From: Lama glama
Lineage: Eukaryota
Length of the DNA: 64,000 nt
NCBI GenBank assembly: GCA_028534125.1
Contig: CM052816.1
Location: 98,768,001 to 98,832,000, forward strand
Direction of reading: 5' to 3'
The notes under the pieces were generated by a model. It worked only from the letters and a program-made list of their open reading frames with translations. It was not told the origin of the DNA and did no database searches. Shown here piece after piece: positions 24,869-37,467 of this stretch; position 1 is the first letter of the stretch, and each line of letters begins with the position of its first letter. The translations under genes were made by a program, and so were the position numbers.

Positions 24869-26759
24869 CTAATGTTCCACATAAACAGTAGTAGATACAA
24901 GGTGAATGTAAATGTTTCTCCCTTTGTTTCCAAACATCTGGATATCGTGAGAAAATAAAAATACTGACAGCCATGGGCCCAAAGGTATCCAGGTTCTATT
25001 TTCACACTAGGTTTTCGGTAATTATGTTTTCATAAGAGTTTCCTGTGGAGGGGGTCTCCTCGGCCACCTAGCTGAGTGTTCGCGGGGACTCAGGTATCGC
25101 TTCTCTGACTGAGGGCGCATCTGTAAAGCCATTTCTCGACGGTGCTTACCCCCTCTCAACTCTTTGTCAGAAAGAAAAATCACATGGTCCACGGGAATGT
25201 CCACAGCCGGCCAAACTCCCGAAATGGTCCATATTAATAGATAAGAAGTGTATAAAATCCAAAGAAGAAAGGAAGAAAGTCAGAGAGAAGAATCCTTTAA
25301 CTGGGGAGAGCCCAGAGCTGGACCCCGGCCACGGAAGGTGCAGTTTAGTGAATGATGTCCTCAGATTCATTTTACGGAAGCCAGCTCTGGCCAGCTCTTT
25401 GGAAATCACTGAAAAAAATCTTCATATTTTCCCAGTATCTGGAAGAGTGGTATTCAGTTTTAAAGACTGGGATTATATCAAAGAATCTACGTTTTCAGTA
25501 ATTCTAAAAATGGCATGAATCCCAACTGTTGCCAAAAGCTTTCTTCTTTTGTAAAGGAAATGAAACCAATCATTTAAGCAAGACTACACAGAAACCTGGA
25601 AAATATTCCACAAACAGAGCATGTGTTTTCACAAGATGCATACATCATCTCTGCCGCAAGTGCTAAATGTATCACGGACATGTAACGCCTGCACGTGGAA
25701 GGACCCTGGAAGCGGAGGAGGGAAGGTAACTCCAGGAAAGCAGAGTGGGTGTGAACTCCTGGGAACAGCTCAGGGTCTAAGTGATTCCTGGCCGTGCTTC
25801 AGCGACAGCTCTGCCTGGCATGGTCATGCCGTGCACACGGCACCCTAAAGCACACCAGAGCTTGGAGGGTGGTGATGATGGTCATTTACGGATGTCTGTG
25901 ACATCCTTGTGTGTCTGTTCTGCTTAGCAAGAAACTGGCCCGACTATCCCATTTCCCTGACAGCACTGACCTGCCCGAAAGGACAGCGGCACATGCCACT
26001 CACCTTGCTGTAGGTATTAGCATCTTTAAGGTTCCAGGTTTGGTTACCAGAAAAGCAGGCAGCAGGACTTGAAACCCACATGTGCACACACGTCCACCGC
26101 GGGAGGGGAGGGGAGGGGAGGGGAGCCTGCCGGGACCATGTGGCCACCGTGGGCATGTGAGAGGGGCTGGACCTGGGACAGGACTTGAACTCAATGCCCC
26201 TGATGAGGGGAGGTCTGCAGGAAGCAGGGAGACTCTGGGACTAGGGAAGGGTTCCTGGTTCTTGGGAAGAGTGGACGAGATGGCTTCTCCACCTAACCCT
26301 GGACCATGGGGGGCACTTGAAGAAATGGACAAGAGTGGACAGCACACAGTCCAGGCTCCCCAGGGAAGCGTCCCCTCTACAGGGGATGAACTTGTTTTCT
26401 CTCTCCTCTGCTTTCTTGAGAGGCAGGGGGACTAAAGCAGGGGGTGTATTTTGTAATTTATCAGGGTCTTCATAAAAGGCATAGAAGTGTTTTTATGAAC
26501 TTGGCTCAAAGGCGACCCAAGGCAGGGAGGAAAAAGCCAGAATCATTTCAGTTGCTCTCTGGGACCTAGAAGGACAAGCTCAAGCCTTTAGGTAAAGTTT
26601 TGCAAAATAAAATGTGCTCTTACTCTAAGATTCAGAACACATAAGGATGCTCGGAAGGTGGGGATAGGGGGTGGATCTAATGTGAAGCGGTTCCTGTGAA
26701 AAAGGTAAGCTGACTTTTAGCCAATCAGATGAGTGGTATGACGTGTGGATATTCGAGTG

Positions 26760-27010
26760 CTGTCTCAGACCTCCCCCTCTGACTATGACAGATGCTCAAA
26801 TGCAGCTAACCCGTCACTCTCTGCACCATGTTCCTGGGGTCCCCTCTGAATTCTCATGGACCTCTGCACACTACAGTTTACAATCTCGCGTGTTACAGAT
26901 GTGTATGTTATAACTCCATCCTCCAGACCACACGGTTTTGAGGACAGGGCCAGCCTGTAAGTTTTTTCTCTATAGACTCAGAACTCAGCACGTGCCTGGA
27001 ATTGCTGGGT
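26760..27010 (+). mobile_element. L2 3' fragment
   Basis: tgaggacagggcc...cagaactcagcacgtgcctgga. Confidence 0.45.
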
Positions 27011-30000
27011 GGAAGGACTCAAGGCCTTGGTTGGGATGCACGGAGGTACCACGTTCCAATTGGCCATGATGCTAATTAGCCACTCAGCAACAGTGACCCT
27101 GGTGTTCCATCATCCAATTCAGAGACAGAGAGAACTAAGCAAAGGTCTCTACATTTTCCCCACGTGGTTTTGAACAGTCTGAGGTTCAGACTGGCACCAA
27201 TACACATTTGCTGACTGAACAGTGACTGGATGAATGACTGAGTGTGTTCATGTCAACAAAACAATGGCAAGGTTGCTAATTCATATTTCTCCCATTTTCT
27301 AAACCTAACCGATAAACTAACTGAAGTTTAAGCCCTAGAAATACCTGTCGGTGGTGAAGAGAACAAGCCTGGAAAGCGTAAGGGAGCTCGACTCACAGGC
27401 CAGCGTCACGATTTGCCTGAGGAGCTCTCACTGTGAATCAGAACATTTTCATTTGGAAGAAGATGAACGTCCCCAGACACTGGATGCTGCGTATTGGAGA
27501 GATTAAACAAAGCTATAAGCCAAGTCTTAATAAGTCTTTTCACTTGGAAGTAAGTCAGAGGTTTGGAATTAGTTACTATTCAAAATACACAGAACCAGAT
27601 GGATCACAGGCTGATTTTTTTTAAACTGCAGCATCTGTAACTTTGAGAAATGGCTGATGCCTTTCCATGGTCACTGCCACGTCTAGAAGTCTCTGCCTTA
27701 GAGTCGGACACGATCGGCTGAGGTGTTTCCTAACCCCCACTCCAATACTCTGGGCTGAGTGTCCCACCTTGTGGGTCCTCACCCTGTCCCCAGTGCCCCT
27801 GTCAGGGCACAGCTGAGCAGGACTCCCAAAATAAACCGCTGTGGTTGGATCATAAAAGTGGGTGGAAAGGGAAAAGGAGCAGAGGCAGCTGCCAGAAAAG
27901 AGGATGCGAGGCACCGTATGCCCTGGGTCCGTCAGTAGAGAGATGGGCCCACGAGAACAGACAAGGACACGGGGGCCTTCCTTGGCTGATGCCCGGAGCT
28001 GTTTCCGCAAAAGCTGGGGGAACTCCCAGGTGTCTTCTGCCCGTTCATTAATCCCCTGACTGGTTCCTTTAAAGACCTCCTTGTGGACATTAAAGTCACA
28101 AGAAGAGAGTTAAGTAAAAGACGTTCTGAAAGCTCAGATTCCAGGTTATTGGGAGATCTCTGCAAGCAGAAATCTTTGAAATACAAACATGCAGATAAAA
28201 TGAGGGGGACCTGAACCTGACCGGGGCCTCTGGCCTGTGCAGGGCCTCCTACTTGCAAGCTGTTCTGAGGGCTCCCCAGGGCCGTGGATGTGACGAGACA
28301 CAGCGGGCGCTCAAGTAACTCCAGTGACGTGGTGCTTATTCCCTTCTTGCTTGTGTAGAAAATAAGAAAATCCCGAGGGCGCGCGAGAGGAGAGAGAGAG
28401 AAGGGAGAGTGAGGCTGTGCTTCCATCCTTTCAGGAGACAAGGAGGGTTCACCTCAGTGCAAGCCCACGGGGTTTCCAAAGGGCCCTTTCCGGCGCTCCC
28501 ACGGGGCCTGTGAGCGACAGTCCGACTAGGTGCTGAGTCCTGGGAGCTGAGGGGCACCTGGGTTTCCACTGGAGGATCGTTCAGAAGAGCCCCATCCTAC
28601 ACACGGTGATAACGTCCCGCGTGCCTTCCGGGTGTTGACTGAGGAACCCTGATCTCCCAGGAATGTTCCATCCACACTGAAAACCAGCAGCCCCCCGTGG
28701 ACCCCGCCAAGCCACCCTTCAGGCAAACGATGAGGGAATGGGCTGTGGGTTGCTTTCCTCTAGAAACAATGTGAGAGTCATTCTTTAGGGGCAGTTAGGC
28801 GATGTGCAAGCACGCTGATCATCCATGCGGCGTTTTTAGGATCCTGAGACAAGCGACTTGGTCACGGCACAGGAAACCGAGTCCCCCTCTGTGTAACTCA
28901 CTCTCAAGGGAAAGCACGAGGGAAACGGTCCTGACGGAGCACGCTCCCCGACCAGCCATCCTTGCAGGGCTGCCACGAGACTCAGCACACGCGTTTCAGC
29001 AAATGGAAAGCTACCAGCGAGAGTTCTCAAAGTCATGTCCTTACATAAATACACGGCTTTACAATTGGACTATTATTCTAATCAAATGCTTTTAGACACT
29101 CTAAACGGACAGATAAAATCAAGCATAGCCAGTGTGGACCACAGAGTCGTGGGACGTGGCTCTAAGAGCAGAAGAGGAAAGGACGGGAAGTGAGCAGGAA
29201 TGGAGGCTGATTTTCCCACGTCGCACCCAGAGATGCCCATGGATGTGGTTCTGCTCTCCTTTTTCTCCTGCGTGGGCTCATGGCCGGGGCAGGTCACCCA
29301 CGTGTTTCTCTAGGTCATTAGAGCCCTTTGCTTGCACCCTGCTGGACAGAAGGGAATTCTGTCCTTTCCTGAGAAAGCATTTAATGTCAGAATTTACATA
29401 TGATTTAAATATTTCATTCTTAGTTCACAGTGGGAAGAGTTAACATATGTCAGGTTTGCAGTGTTAGCTTTTCAGACTCTTTTTTTGGTTACTCTTTCTG
29501 TTTTCCTTTAGTTTCTCCATCTCATTTGGAGCAACTATAAATGCATGAGTTCACTTACTTTTTCCTTATTCATTCTTTACAGTCTTTGTGCGATTCTCAT
29601 TCATGTGCCATTATCTTTTACTTAAATATCTAGTGCTGTCTAAATTAATTTCTTAATTACTAAAACCCAGAATGCACAAAGCTGAATCCATTTGTCCATG
29701 TGGAAACTTGTCTGGTTTTTATGTCAGATGGAACTCAGTAATTTGTTTCTAAATGTGCAAATATTTCCTCCCCGCTCTCCACCAGATACTACACACTGGC
29801 TGTGGCTGGAAGTCCCCCTAGTGAGCCGGCTTTATCAGTTTAGACATGGGCTTAAAATTGCTGTGGTATCACCACGACAAAGCCATCTGCTGTCAGTTGA
29901 AATTCTTCTTTGTGATGTATCGTTTCTTGTCATTTTCACAACTTTCCTAAAATTCTTACACTTTCTGAGTGAATTTAGGTATATAACTTTACAGCAGATT

Positions 30001-30362
30001 CCTTTCCAATACTTTTGAAGAAGGCCGTTTGATAAAAACCTCACCCTGGACCACTGTAGTTTCCAAGCAAGTGTCTGCTTCTCACCAACATGAGCTATAT
30101 AATCACTTGTGTGACTGTCATCTGAGTAATCTCAGATAGCAAAGATACCCTTAAAAGAGCTTCTGTTAGATGAAAAGCAGAAGCCAGTTCACTGAGCCGC
30201 CTCCTCGAGGCCACACGCTGACGTAGCTGGATGGGAGAGAGCGGCTCAGGCTTTCGGTGATGCTCGGCACCACTGCTCTACTGGGCTCCCCCTGGGGCAC
30301 AAGGAGGACAGGTGCGGACCGCCCCGTGCCCACCACCAGGACGGCGGCGAGAAGCGACCTAC

Positions 30363-30501
30363 CCCCTCCGCAGGAGACGGAGCACTCGGAGCGGACGGTG
30401 GCCCACGTGTAGCTGGGCTGGACGCCGAGCTTCCTCTCACCCGCCCGCCGCGGCACCGAGTACTCCCAGGCGATGCCCGGGTTCCTTCCCTGAAGCAGAA
30501 G
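30363..30501 (-). CDS. ADAMTS16: ADAMTS16 coding exon (~exon 17, 139 nt): end of spacer and start of TSR2
   Basis: ggtttgcag|CTT ... GGG G|GTAGGT. Translates LLLQGRNPGIAWEYSVPRRAGERKLGVQPSYTWATVRSECSVSCGG(G), phases 0-1. Confidence 0.96.
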
Positions 30502-32321
30502 CTGCAAACCAAGAAAGGGAAAAGGAAAACAAGTTAAAGTGGGACCGATAAACAGGAGCTAATTTGTTTTAAATGACTTGAAGCATCAGCGATATCAACA
30601 AAAAGGTGAAGATGAAGATAAAATAAATGCTGCCCGTCCTCCGAAGTTCACATTCACTTTGTAAGCAGGAACAGACACCCTGCTAGCATAAACAAGAGAC
30701 GTTCGGCTCCTCTGCCTCACACCTAGGGCCTCCCCCGTAGCCTCTATAGCCTGACAAGGGTATCGATTTCTTCCCTCCGTGTTTCCTTCCTGCCAATCCT
30801 CTCCGTCTGAGAAAATCAGAAAGTGGTACCTAAAACCTCCTTCACGCTTCCTAGCCAGGTCGCAACAGCCCGGAACAGCAAGTGGATGCCATCCAAGCAG
30901 GATCGAAGCTGAGTCTGAGGACTTCCTCCTGCGACCGGATACAGAGGTCGTCTGCCTCCTGACGTGCACTGTGTGGCTCCAGGAGAAAAGATGATTTCTC
31001 AGGCTGGGCACACCTGGGACCACACTAGCACGTGGAATTATACTGGTCTCCACCCCTCCTGTCTGGAAACCCGATCGCATGGACCAGTGACCTCCCTCCT
31101 GCAGGTATCAGATCCCCTGCTCCCAGTGGGAAGCTTTTTGGAAACCTCACCATTAGCCTGTTGATAGGAACCCCATCTCTGAGCCTTGGAGCCTCCCTGG
31201 TCCTGAATGTGACGTTCCGGTGTATAAAAGGCCCTGGGCCTTCCCTGAGTCCAGCACCACAGCTCTCTCTCCCCCGGAAGACACGGCTCACATCTAGCTG
31301 GGGAAGATGCTTCGGGACAGGCAGGAGCCCCGGACACGTGGCCGCACGGCACGGCCACTGAGCAGCTGCCACCTGACACTCTGAATCCCCGTTAACTCTT
31401 CTTCCGCCAGGAAAGTCCCAATAAGCTGCGATCACTTTCGACCCTGACGCATCTCTCTCTCTCCAGGAGCATCAAGCTGAATGCCCCCATGGTGGGAGAG
31501 AAATGACCCGGCAAGGATTCAGGGTGAACGGGGTTATAAAGGGGCGGGGGCAGCTCGAGGCCGAGGGGAGGTGGAGGCGGGAGGTGTGATGAGACGGCTC
31601 CCAGGAAGACACAGGGGCCGCAGGACGGGGCTGCAGGAAGGGGAGCAGGTGGAGGGCGTCTGGGCGGCTCGCACCCGCACACTTAGGTGAGGGCTGAGGG
31701 GCAGCTTCTGAACCAAGTCGTTTCTTTAAATGTGCACAGAAATATGCAGAAGTGGAGAATTTGCACGTCCGCTGCCTGTTGCAGCCATCTGCCCAGTCCC
31801 ATGGGGACAAATTACTTTGTTAGAAGACGCCCGTCTGGATCTTGTGAGCCTCTGCAGCTCCGGCGAGAACACAGAAGGGCTGCCTAGGAGGGGAGTGTGT
31901 GACCCCTCGCCCGGCACCGGGCCCGTGTAATGCGTTCTCATCTCCCATTTCCACAGGACTTAGCGGAATGCTGATCCCACCCAAGCAGGCGCAGCCAGGG
32001 AGCCAACAGTGACTGCTTCTCACAGCCACAGAGCTTACAGGAGAGAAGCGGACTTTTGCCCAAATCCACAGATAAAGATGCAAAAATGGGAACTGCGTGA
32101 TGCGCATAAACATGAATTCCATCACGCATCTGATGTTTTCAGAGATGATTAAAACAAGTCCATTGGCCCATTCACTCTATGGAGTGATTAGTCTTGCTTC
32201 TGAGATGCCGTCTAATTGCAAACAATTATCTGTGTATGTAAACTTGTGCTAATAGCCTTGAACCCACAAAACTCCCTAAGACCCGAAATCCAAGCCCTGA
32301 AAGCAAGAGGCTGGGGTCTAC

Positions 32322-32566
32322 CTCCACGACCAGCGTCTCGTTGGTTGGCCCCGCGGAAGTCAAGCTCTCAGGCTCCTTGTAGGAGCGTCTGTAGTCGAAG
32401 GTAGTTCCTGAAAACTTGTAGCGGCCGGGCCAGTCCACTGTCCAGTGTCCGTTCAGGTAGTACTTTTTGAGTGCATTCCGCACAGAAATGTAGGAGGTAG
32501 ATGCATTCATTTCGTAGACGCGGATGCTCCGGGCTCCAGAAGGAATGGTGACCATTGGATAATACT
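32322..32566 (-). CDS. ADAMTS16: ADAMTS16 coding exon (~exon 16, 245 nt): spacer domain
   Basis: tttactccag|AG ... GAG|GTAGAC. Translates (Q)YYPMVTIPSGARSIRVYEMNASTSYISVRNALKKYYLNGHWTVDWPGRYKFSGTTFDYRRSYKEPESLTSAGPTNETLVVE, phases 1-0. Confidence 0.97.
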
Positions 32567-32828
32567 CTGGAGTAAAGAAAAAGGAGGGGGGGTGTGGTAC
32601 TTCGTTCAAAAATGCCGATCCCTGGGTACCTCTGGTTCTCCATCACTAAACCTCAAGATGCAGAATTTGGAACCTGGAGAAGATCTCTTTTGGCAATCAG
32701 TTGCACGGGTCCCATAAATAACTTCTTTTTCCTTTCTTAAGTTAAAAGTCCTTTAAAAATAATTTTCCTGATTGTAAGTGTCAACATGCTCATGGTAGAA
32801 AAATCAGAATAAAAAAAGAAAACCTAAA

Positions 32829-32890
32829 AACACGAAACATGGTAAATCAACTATACTTCAATTTAAAAAAAAGCAAAAATAAAAAATAAA
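32829..32890 (+). mobile_element. Tiny L1 3' tail plus A-tract
   Basis: gtaaatcaactatacttcaatttaaaaaaaa, the same terminus as the other L1 tails in the window. Confidence 0.7.
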
Positions 32891-33389
32891 CAAAGCTATC
32901 CATAATACCACCATATTGTGGGGCACTTTTATCCAGGCTCTTTCTCTATGCATTTTTGTTACCACCCAGCTTGGTGTTTTTTTGTTTTGTTTTGTTTTGA
33001 AAACAAAAAGCAAGCCTGAGCTCAGATTAAATTCTGACTTTATCCTTAAAATCTCTCCTGGTCAGAAGTCCGTCCACAGTGCCCCGCGTCCGCGAGCATG
33101 CCAAACATGGTGGCATGATTTCACCTCATCACCACTTAAAAAAAAATTCATTCATTTTTCAATTGGAGCAGAGCTGTTGTTACTTCCACTGTTTCTAAGA
33201 ACCATTTTAATTCCAATAACCTGGCAACCACTGCCCATCACGACAGAAGGTCTGGGAGGCGAGGCAGGGCAGGAGTCTGCGTGGGGCTCTCAGGACTCCG
33301 CCTGCCCACGCTTTCACTCCGTGTCCCGCTGGCCCGTCAAGCGGTTCGTTCCAACCCACCGGGCCCCACAGGCCGCCGGGCGGACTCAC

Positions 33390-33513
33390 GGTTGGAGCGG
33401 GGCTGCTTGGCGTACAGGCCCTTGTGCGTCGTGCAGTCCGAGTTATTTCCCCGGCACACACCGCAGGCGTCTTCCACGGCGTCAGATCCCAGGACGTCGT
33501 CACAGCCCACTCT
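33390..33513 (-). CDS. ADAMTS16: ADAMTS16 coding exon (~exon 15, 124 nt): end of Cys-rich domain and start of spacer
   Basis: cccgcag|AGA ... AAC C|GTGAGT. Translates RVGCDDVLGSDAVEDACGVCRGNNSDCTTHKGLYAKQPRSN(Q), phases 0-1. Confidence 0.96.
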
Positions 33514-34076
33514 CTGCGGGACCCGCCAGGCCACGTGCCAGTCATGAAAGAAGGGACAAGAGGAGGGAAGTCACACACCTGTTCCCTGGACCCTTGGAAG
33601 TTTCACCGACACGAGAGAGTGAACGAATATTCACGGACACCCGGTGTGCACTGGGAGGCTGCCTCCCACACCTGGATCCAGAGGACGAGAGCCGGGGCCG
33701 GCAGAACCTGTCCTCTTCCCACGGCTACACAACCGTCCTACCTCGAGCCCCGAATGAAATCTATCAGGCTGCCGTGTTGGAGGCACAGGTACGTTTCAGG
33801 CTGGCTTAAGGCACTGAGCACAAGTGACAAGCACTGTGGCATCACGAGGGCCTGCGGGAGCACACCTCGGGCTTTTGACTCGCCTTGTGCAGAGGCGAAG
33901 AGGAGCACAGGCCCCGGACGATTATTCTCGGCAGTAACTACGTCACGGGCACGTTTGGTTCCTGTCTTCCGGTTTTAGCAGCTCTTTGTAAATTCCATGA
34001 TGCTTGCTAGTTGCACATTTCCTAACAAAGAATATTGTCTAGATATGCAAAAATCCCATTCGGACGGGAAGTAACT

Positions 34077-34388
34077 CTAGTCCACCCTCCCTTGTTTGAA
34101 ATCCAAGGGCAGATACACTTTAGAATGCAGAGCTTTTCTGATTTTAGGAAGGTAATTAACATCTTATGCTTATAATGTGAGAGTCCCAGCAGAGCCTGGG
34201 GCAGCAATGAGGTTTTTAAAATGCACACATTTCCACACTGAGCGCGATAAACGTCACTCACGGTCCCACATCAGTTCAAGGTAGTTTTGCCACCAAATAA
34301 ATTTAGGTTATATTTTGCCTCCAAATAAACTTTCCACTTCACAGCTTTTTGGGTTTCAGAATTACAAATAAGGGGCTGCGACACTATA
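34077..34388. mobile_element. MER46C-like Tigger DNA transposon
   Basis: gtccaccctcccttg...gattttaggaaggtaat...cagcagagcctggggcagca...gctttttgggtttcagaattacaaataagggg. Confidence 0.75.
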
Positions 34389-34466
34389 TTATTAAGAATT
34401 CCTAAAAAGAATGCCATATTTAACAAATCAACGAATAGACACCAAGGGTAGAGCTTTGAGTATTTT

Positions 34467-34620
34467 AAAACTGAAAGAGATCTTAACAGAATCATTTAAT
34501 CTAATCTTCATGCACTCAAACGATTACACTGAGGGTCTTAGAGGGTGATTCAACTTGACCGTGGTCAGGGTCCTACACCTTCGAGAAATTTAGGCCTGGG
34601 ACCAAGGTCTTTGGACTCCA
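34467..34620 (-). mobile_element. MIR SINE fragment
   Basis: ctgaaagagatctta...actgagggtcttagagggtgattcaacttgacc...ctgggaccaaggtcttt. Confidence 0.5.
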
Positions 34621-34899
34621 CTGAAGATGGATATTGAGGAACTTCTTCATTGGAAAGCCTGTGATTTACCTGCAGTGGATCTGATCACTGCATGTGACAC
34701 CCTCCCTTTGTCTGCAATAAAATCCATCCCTTCTGCACGTGGCGACCCACTCAGAGCTCTGTGTTCACTGAGCCGCCAACCCTTCCCAGCCTGTGTCCTA
34801 AGTCCCTCTCCAACAGAGGGAGGCCGCCCAGCTTCCTGAGACCCCCGCATAGTGGCCTCTGGCTCTCAGCTGTCCCTGTTTGATTTACTTGTTCCACCA

Positions 34900-35414
34900 C
34901 CCGGCTACTGCAATCTGACCCTGCTACTTCGCTGGTCTGGTCCCCAGGGACACGAGGATAAAAAAACCCCAACCCCTTGTCCTGGCTGCAAACGGCCCTT
35001 TGAGAGGGTCTCCCCCTCCACTGGGCTCCCTCGGCATCCCCCAGCTCCTGCCTACCTCCCAGTGACGATGGAGTCGGGTCCTACCAGCCCGTGATTTCCT
35101 GCAGCACCGTGTCCCCTCCCTGCTCCGCCCATATCCCTCTTCCAGCTCACCCTCTCGATCGAGCTCCCTTCCCTGAGGGGCCCTGCAAATCTCCCAGGTC
35201 CACATCTGAGAGAGAACCAGCTCCTCCTTTCTGCCTGTGCTCTGTTCACACCTCCGCTGCCACAAACCCCTGTGCGTCTCCAGCTCGCTTTCACCCCTGC
35301 TGGACAGTGACTTGGAGGGAAAGGGTACGTTTTAAATGTCTGGTCTCTCTCGCCCCTTACAGGGTGCCTGGCCCAAAGCAGACTGTCGGGAGATGTTTGT
35401 TGAACGAATGAATG
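34900..35414 (+). mobile_element. L2 3' fragment ending about 10 bp from the exon 14 donor
   Basis: gtgcctggcccaaagcag...atgtttgttgaacgaatgaatga, the L2 (AATG)n tail. Confidence 0.7.
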
Positions 35415-35425
35415 ATCGTTATTAC

Positions 35426-35556
35426 CTCACATATCCCATCTATACAAATATTACGGCTATCCTCCGAGCATGGAGTCCCATCTTTGACTTTATTTGACAA
35501 AGAAAAGAAGAAATCAAATCCTTCTGCGATACAGTAGAGTTTGCATAAGTCCTGAT
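35426..35556 (-). CDS. ADAMTS16: ADAMTS16 coding exon (~exon 14, 131 nt): Cys-rich domain
   Basis: ctttttaag|AT ... GAG|GTAATA. Translates (D)QDLCKLYCIAEGFDFFFSLSNKVKDGTPCSEDSRNICIDGICE, phases 1-0. Confidence 0.97.
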
Positions 35557-37365
35557 CTTAAAAAGAAATACACACACAAACACAAATGAGAAAGATACTT
35601 AAGCGCTGATCATTTTTGCTCTAAATTTTAGATAGACTATTTTTTTCTTTTTTGCCCATAAAATAACTCCCACACAATAACACATTGCAGACATTTTTTC
35701 AAATTGCCTCAGTAGGCTTGGAGTTTCTCCTTTAATTTTCTGTTTTGTCTTTTTTTTTTTTAAAGCTTCACTGTTAAATTTCACTCTGCTCTGTCCTTGA
35801 TTGGTCCTTGTCCTGCATACAGTGGTTGCACACAGTAGGCATCCAGTAAGCACCTGTCGACTTGAACTGCAATGTACTATCCTGACAGATCACTAGTACC
35901 ATTAACTGCTCTCTTGTAGAAATGCAGAAAGTCACTATCATTTTGTAGCAATATACAAAACTGTTACAAATAAGCTGTAATAAAACCATTAAAATCATCA
36001 CGAAATTACTAAACACATTTCCTAAACTGCACACTATTTTTAAACTGATAAAGGGAGTAACTTTTGGATGAAATCTCCAGAGAGCACTGTGTTTTTATCC
36101 ATACAATGGATTGTCAAAAAGTACTGATACGCAGAGAATTCAGGCCTCCTTACATAGTTGAGGCTGGAGATCAAGTTCCCTTCCTCTCGGGAATCCATTT
36201 CAAGGATGTATCATTTACACGACTATTCTGAACTTTTGTAGAAACTTTGTTTTCCCGTTTGTTCTCTTCTTGGTAAAGAAGGGAACAGTTGATAATAAAA
36301 ATTTACCTGCCTTAGGAGTCTTCACTGGCCCAAAACTCATGTACAGATATTTTCTTGATTGTGCGGGATAAGAGACCCAATTGAATAATGCTCAGAACCA
36401 AATTTAACACGTGCTTCTGTGATCAGTGCATTTCTTTACTGAAGACAAGCAAAGTCAAGGCTATCACATGTATTTTTGACCCCAATTTCAAAGTTTTTTC
36501 CTACCTTTTTCTCCCGCCTACTCGTTTCTCACTGGCTTAATTTTTACTGAGTTCAGGAGTAACAACACAACAAGAAAGGGTTTGCATAAAACTGCGTAAA
36601 TTTTCCTTCCAGACTTTACTAATTTGATAAATCTCTCACCATGAAAACATTCTATGTACTGTGATGGTGAAAGTAAATGTCAGATAAGTTGGCCCAACTT
36701 ACGTATTTCTCAAGTGGTTCTTGGACAATGTTCTCAACCTCAAACAAGGAGGTGATTAAATGTTCTCTGAATTTATCCTCAAATTATTCTACTCGAGGTA
36801 CTGAGTTCAAGCTATTATAATCATAAGAATAATACATATTTCCCTCTAGCTGTATAGTAAAATCTTACATATGGTACAAATGAACATCTGCATTTATAAT
36901 TTATAGATAGACTTTCCAAATATAGCATACTGTTTGATTTTCCAAAAGATCCAAACATTTTTCTTTCGTTCTTTGGCCATTTTAAGTGTTCAGTGGATGA
37001 CATGCTTATAGCCATATCACCATCAACTTCGGTGATTTGTAATTAAAAAAAGAATTGATTCTTTACCAACAAAGCATCTACACTGAGTGTCTTATCACTG
37101 CTTTGAAGATTTAATGGTGTTCTGCACACATGGTCTCACTCTCTTTCTCCCGAGCTCACAACTTGTCAAGTTTAGGTAAGAGGCCAGTGGCCACAGGGCC
37201 GGCAGAATCAGACTAACAACGCGAGAGGAACCAGTGACATTGCCCTCACATGGCAATATTCAGTCTTTCTGGATCCCACACTATCGACCAGGAGGCTCTT
37301 TAAAGAGTCAGAACAGTAGAGTCCATTTGTATTTATAGTGGTTATCATTTGCAAATCTCAAACTC

Positions 37366-37430
37366 CTTATGTTGGACACCAGAAACTGACACACTGTAAC
37401 TGACTATACTTCAGTTGAAAGAAAGAAAAA
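37366..37430 (+). mobile_element. Tiny L1 3' tail
   Basis: caccagaaactgacacactgtaactgactatacttca plus an A-rich tail, nearly identical to the end of the L1 at 24674-24868. Confidence 0.8.
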
Positions 37431-37467
37431 GACAGCAAAGCCCAAGGAAGCGGGGCCTGAGATCTAC

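Noticed and set aside
32916..33978. 297-aa and 184-aa plus-strand ORFs overlapping exon 15
   Set aside because: No recognisable domain. They lie antisense to a GC-rich exon region where stops are scarce.
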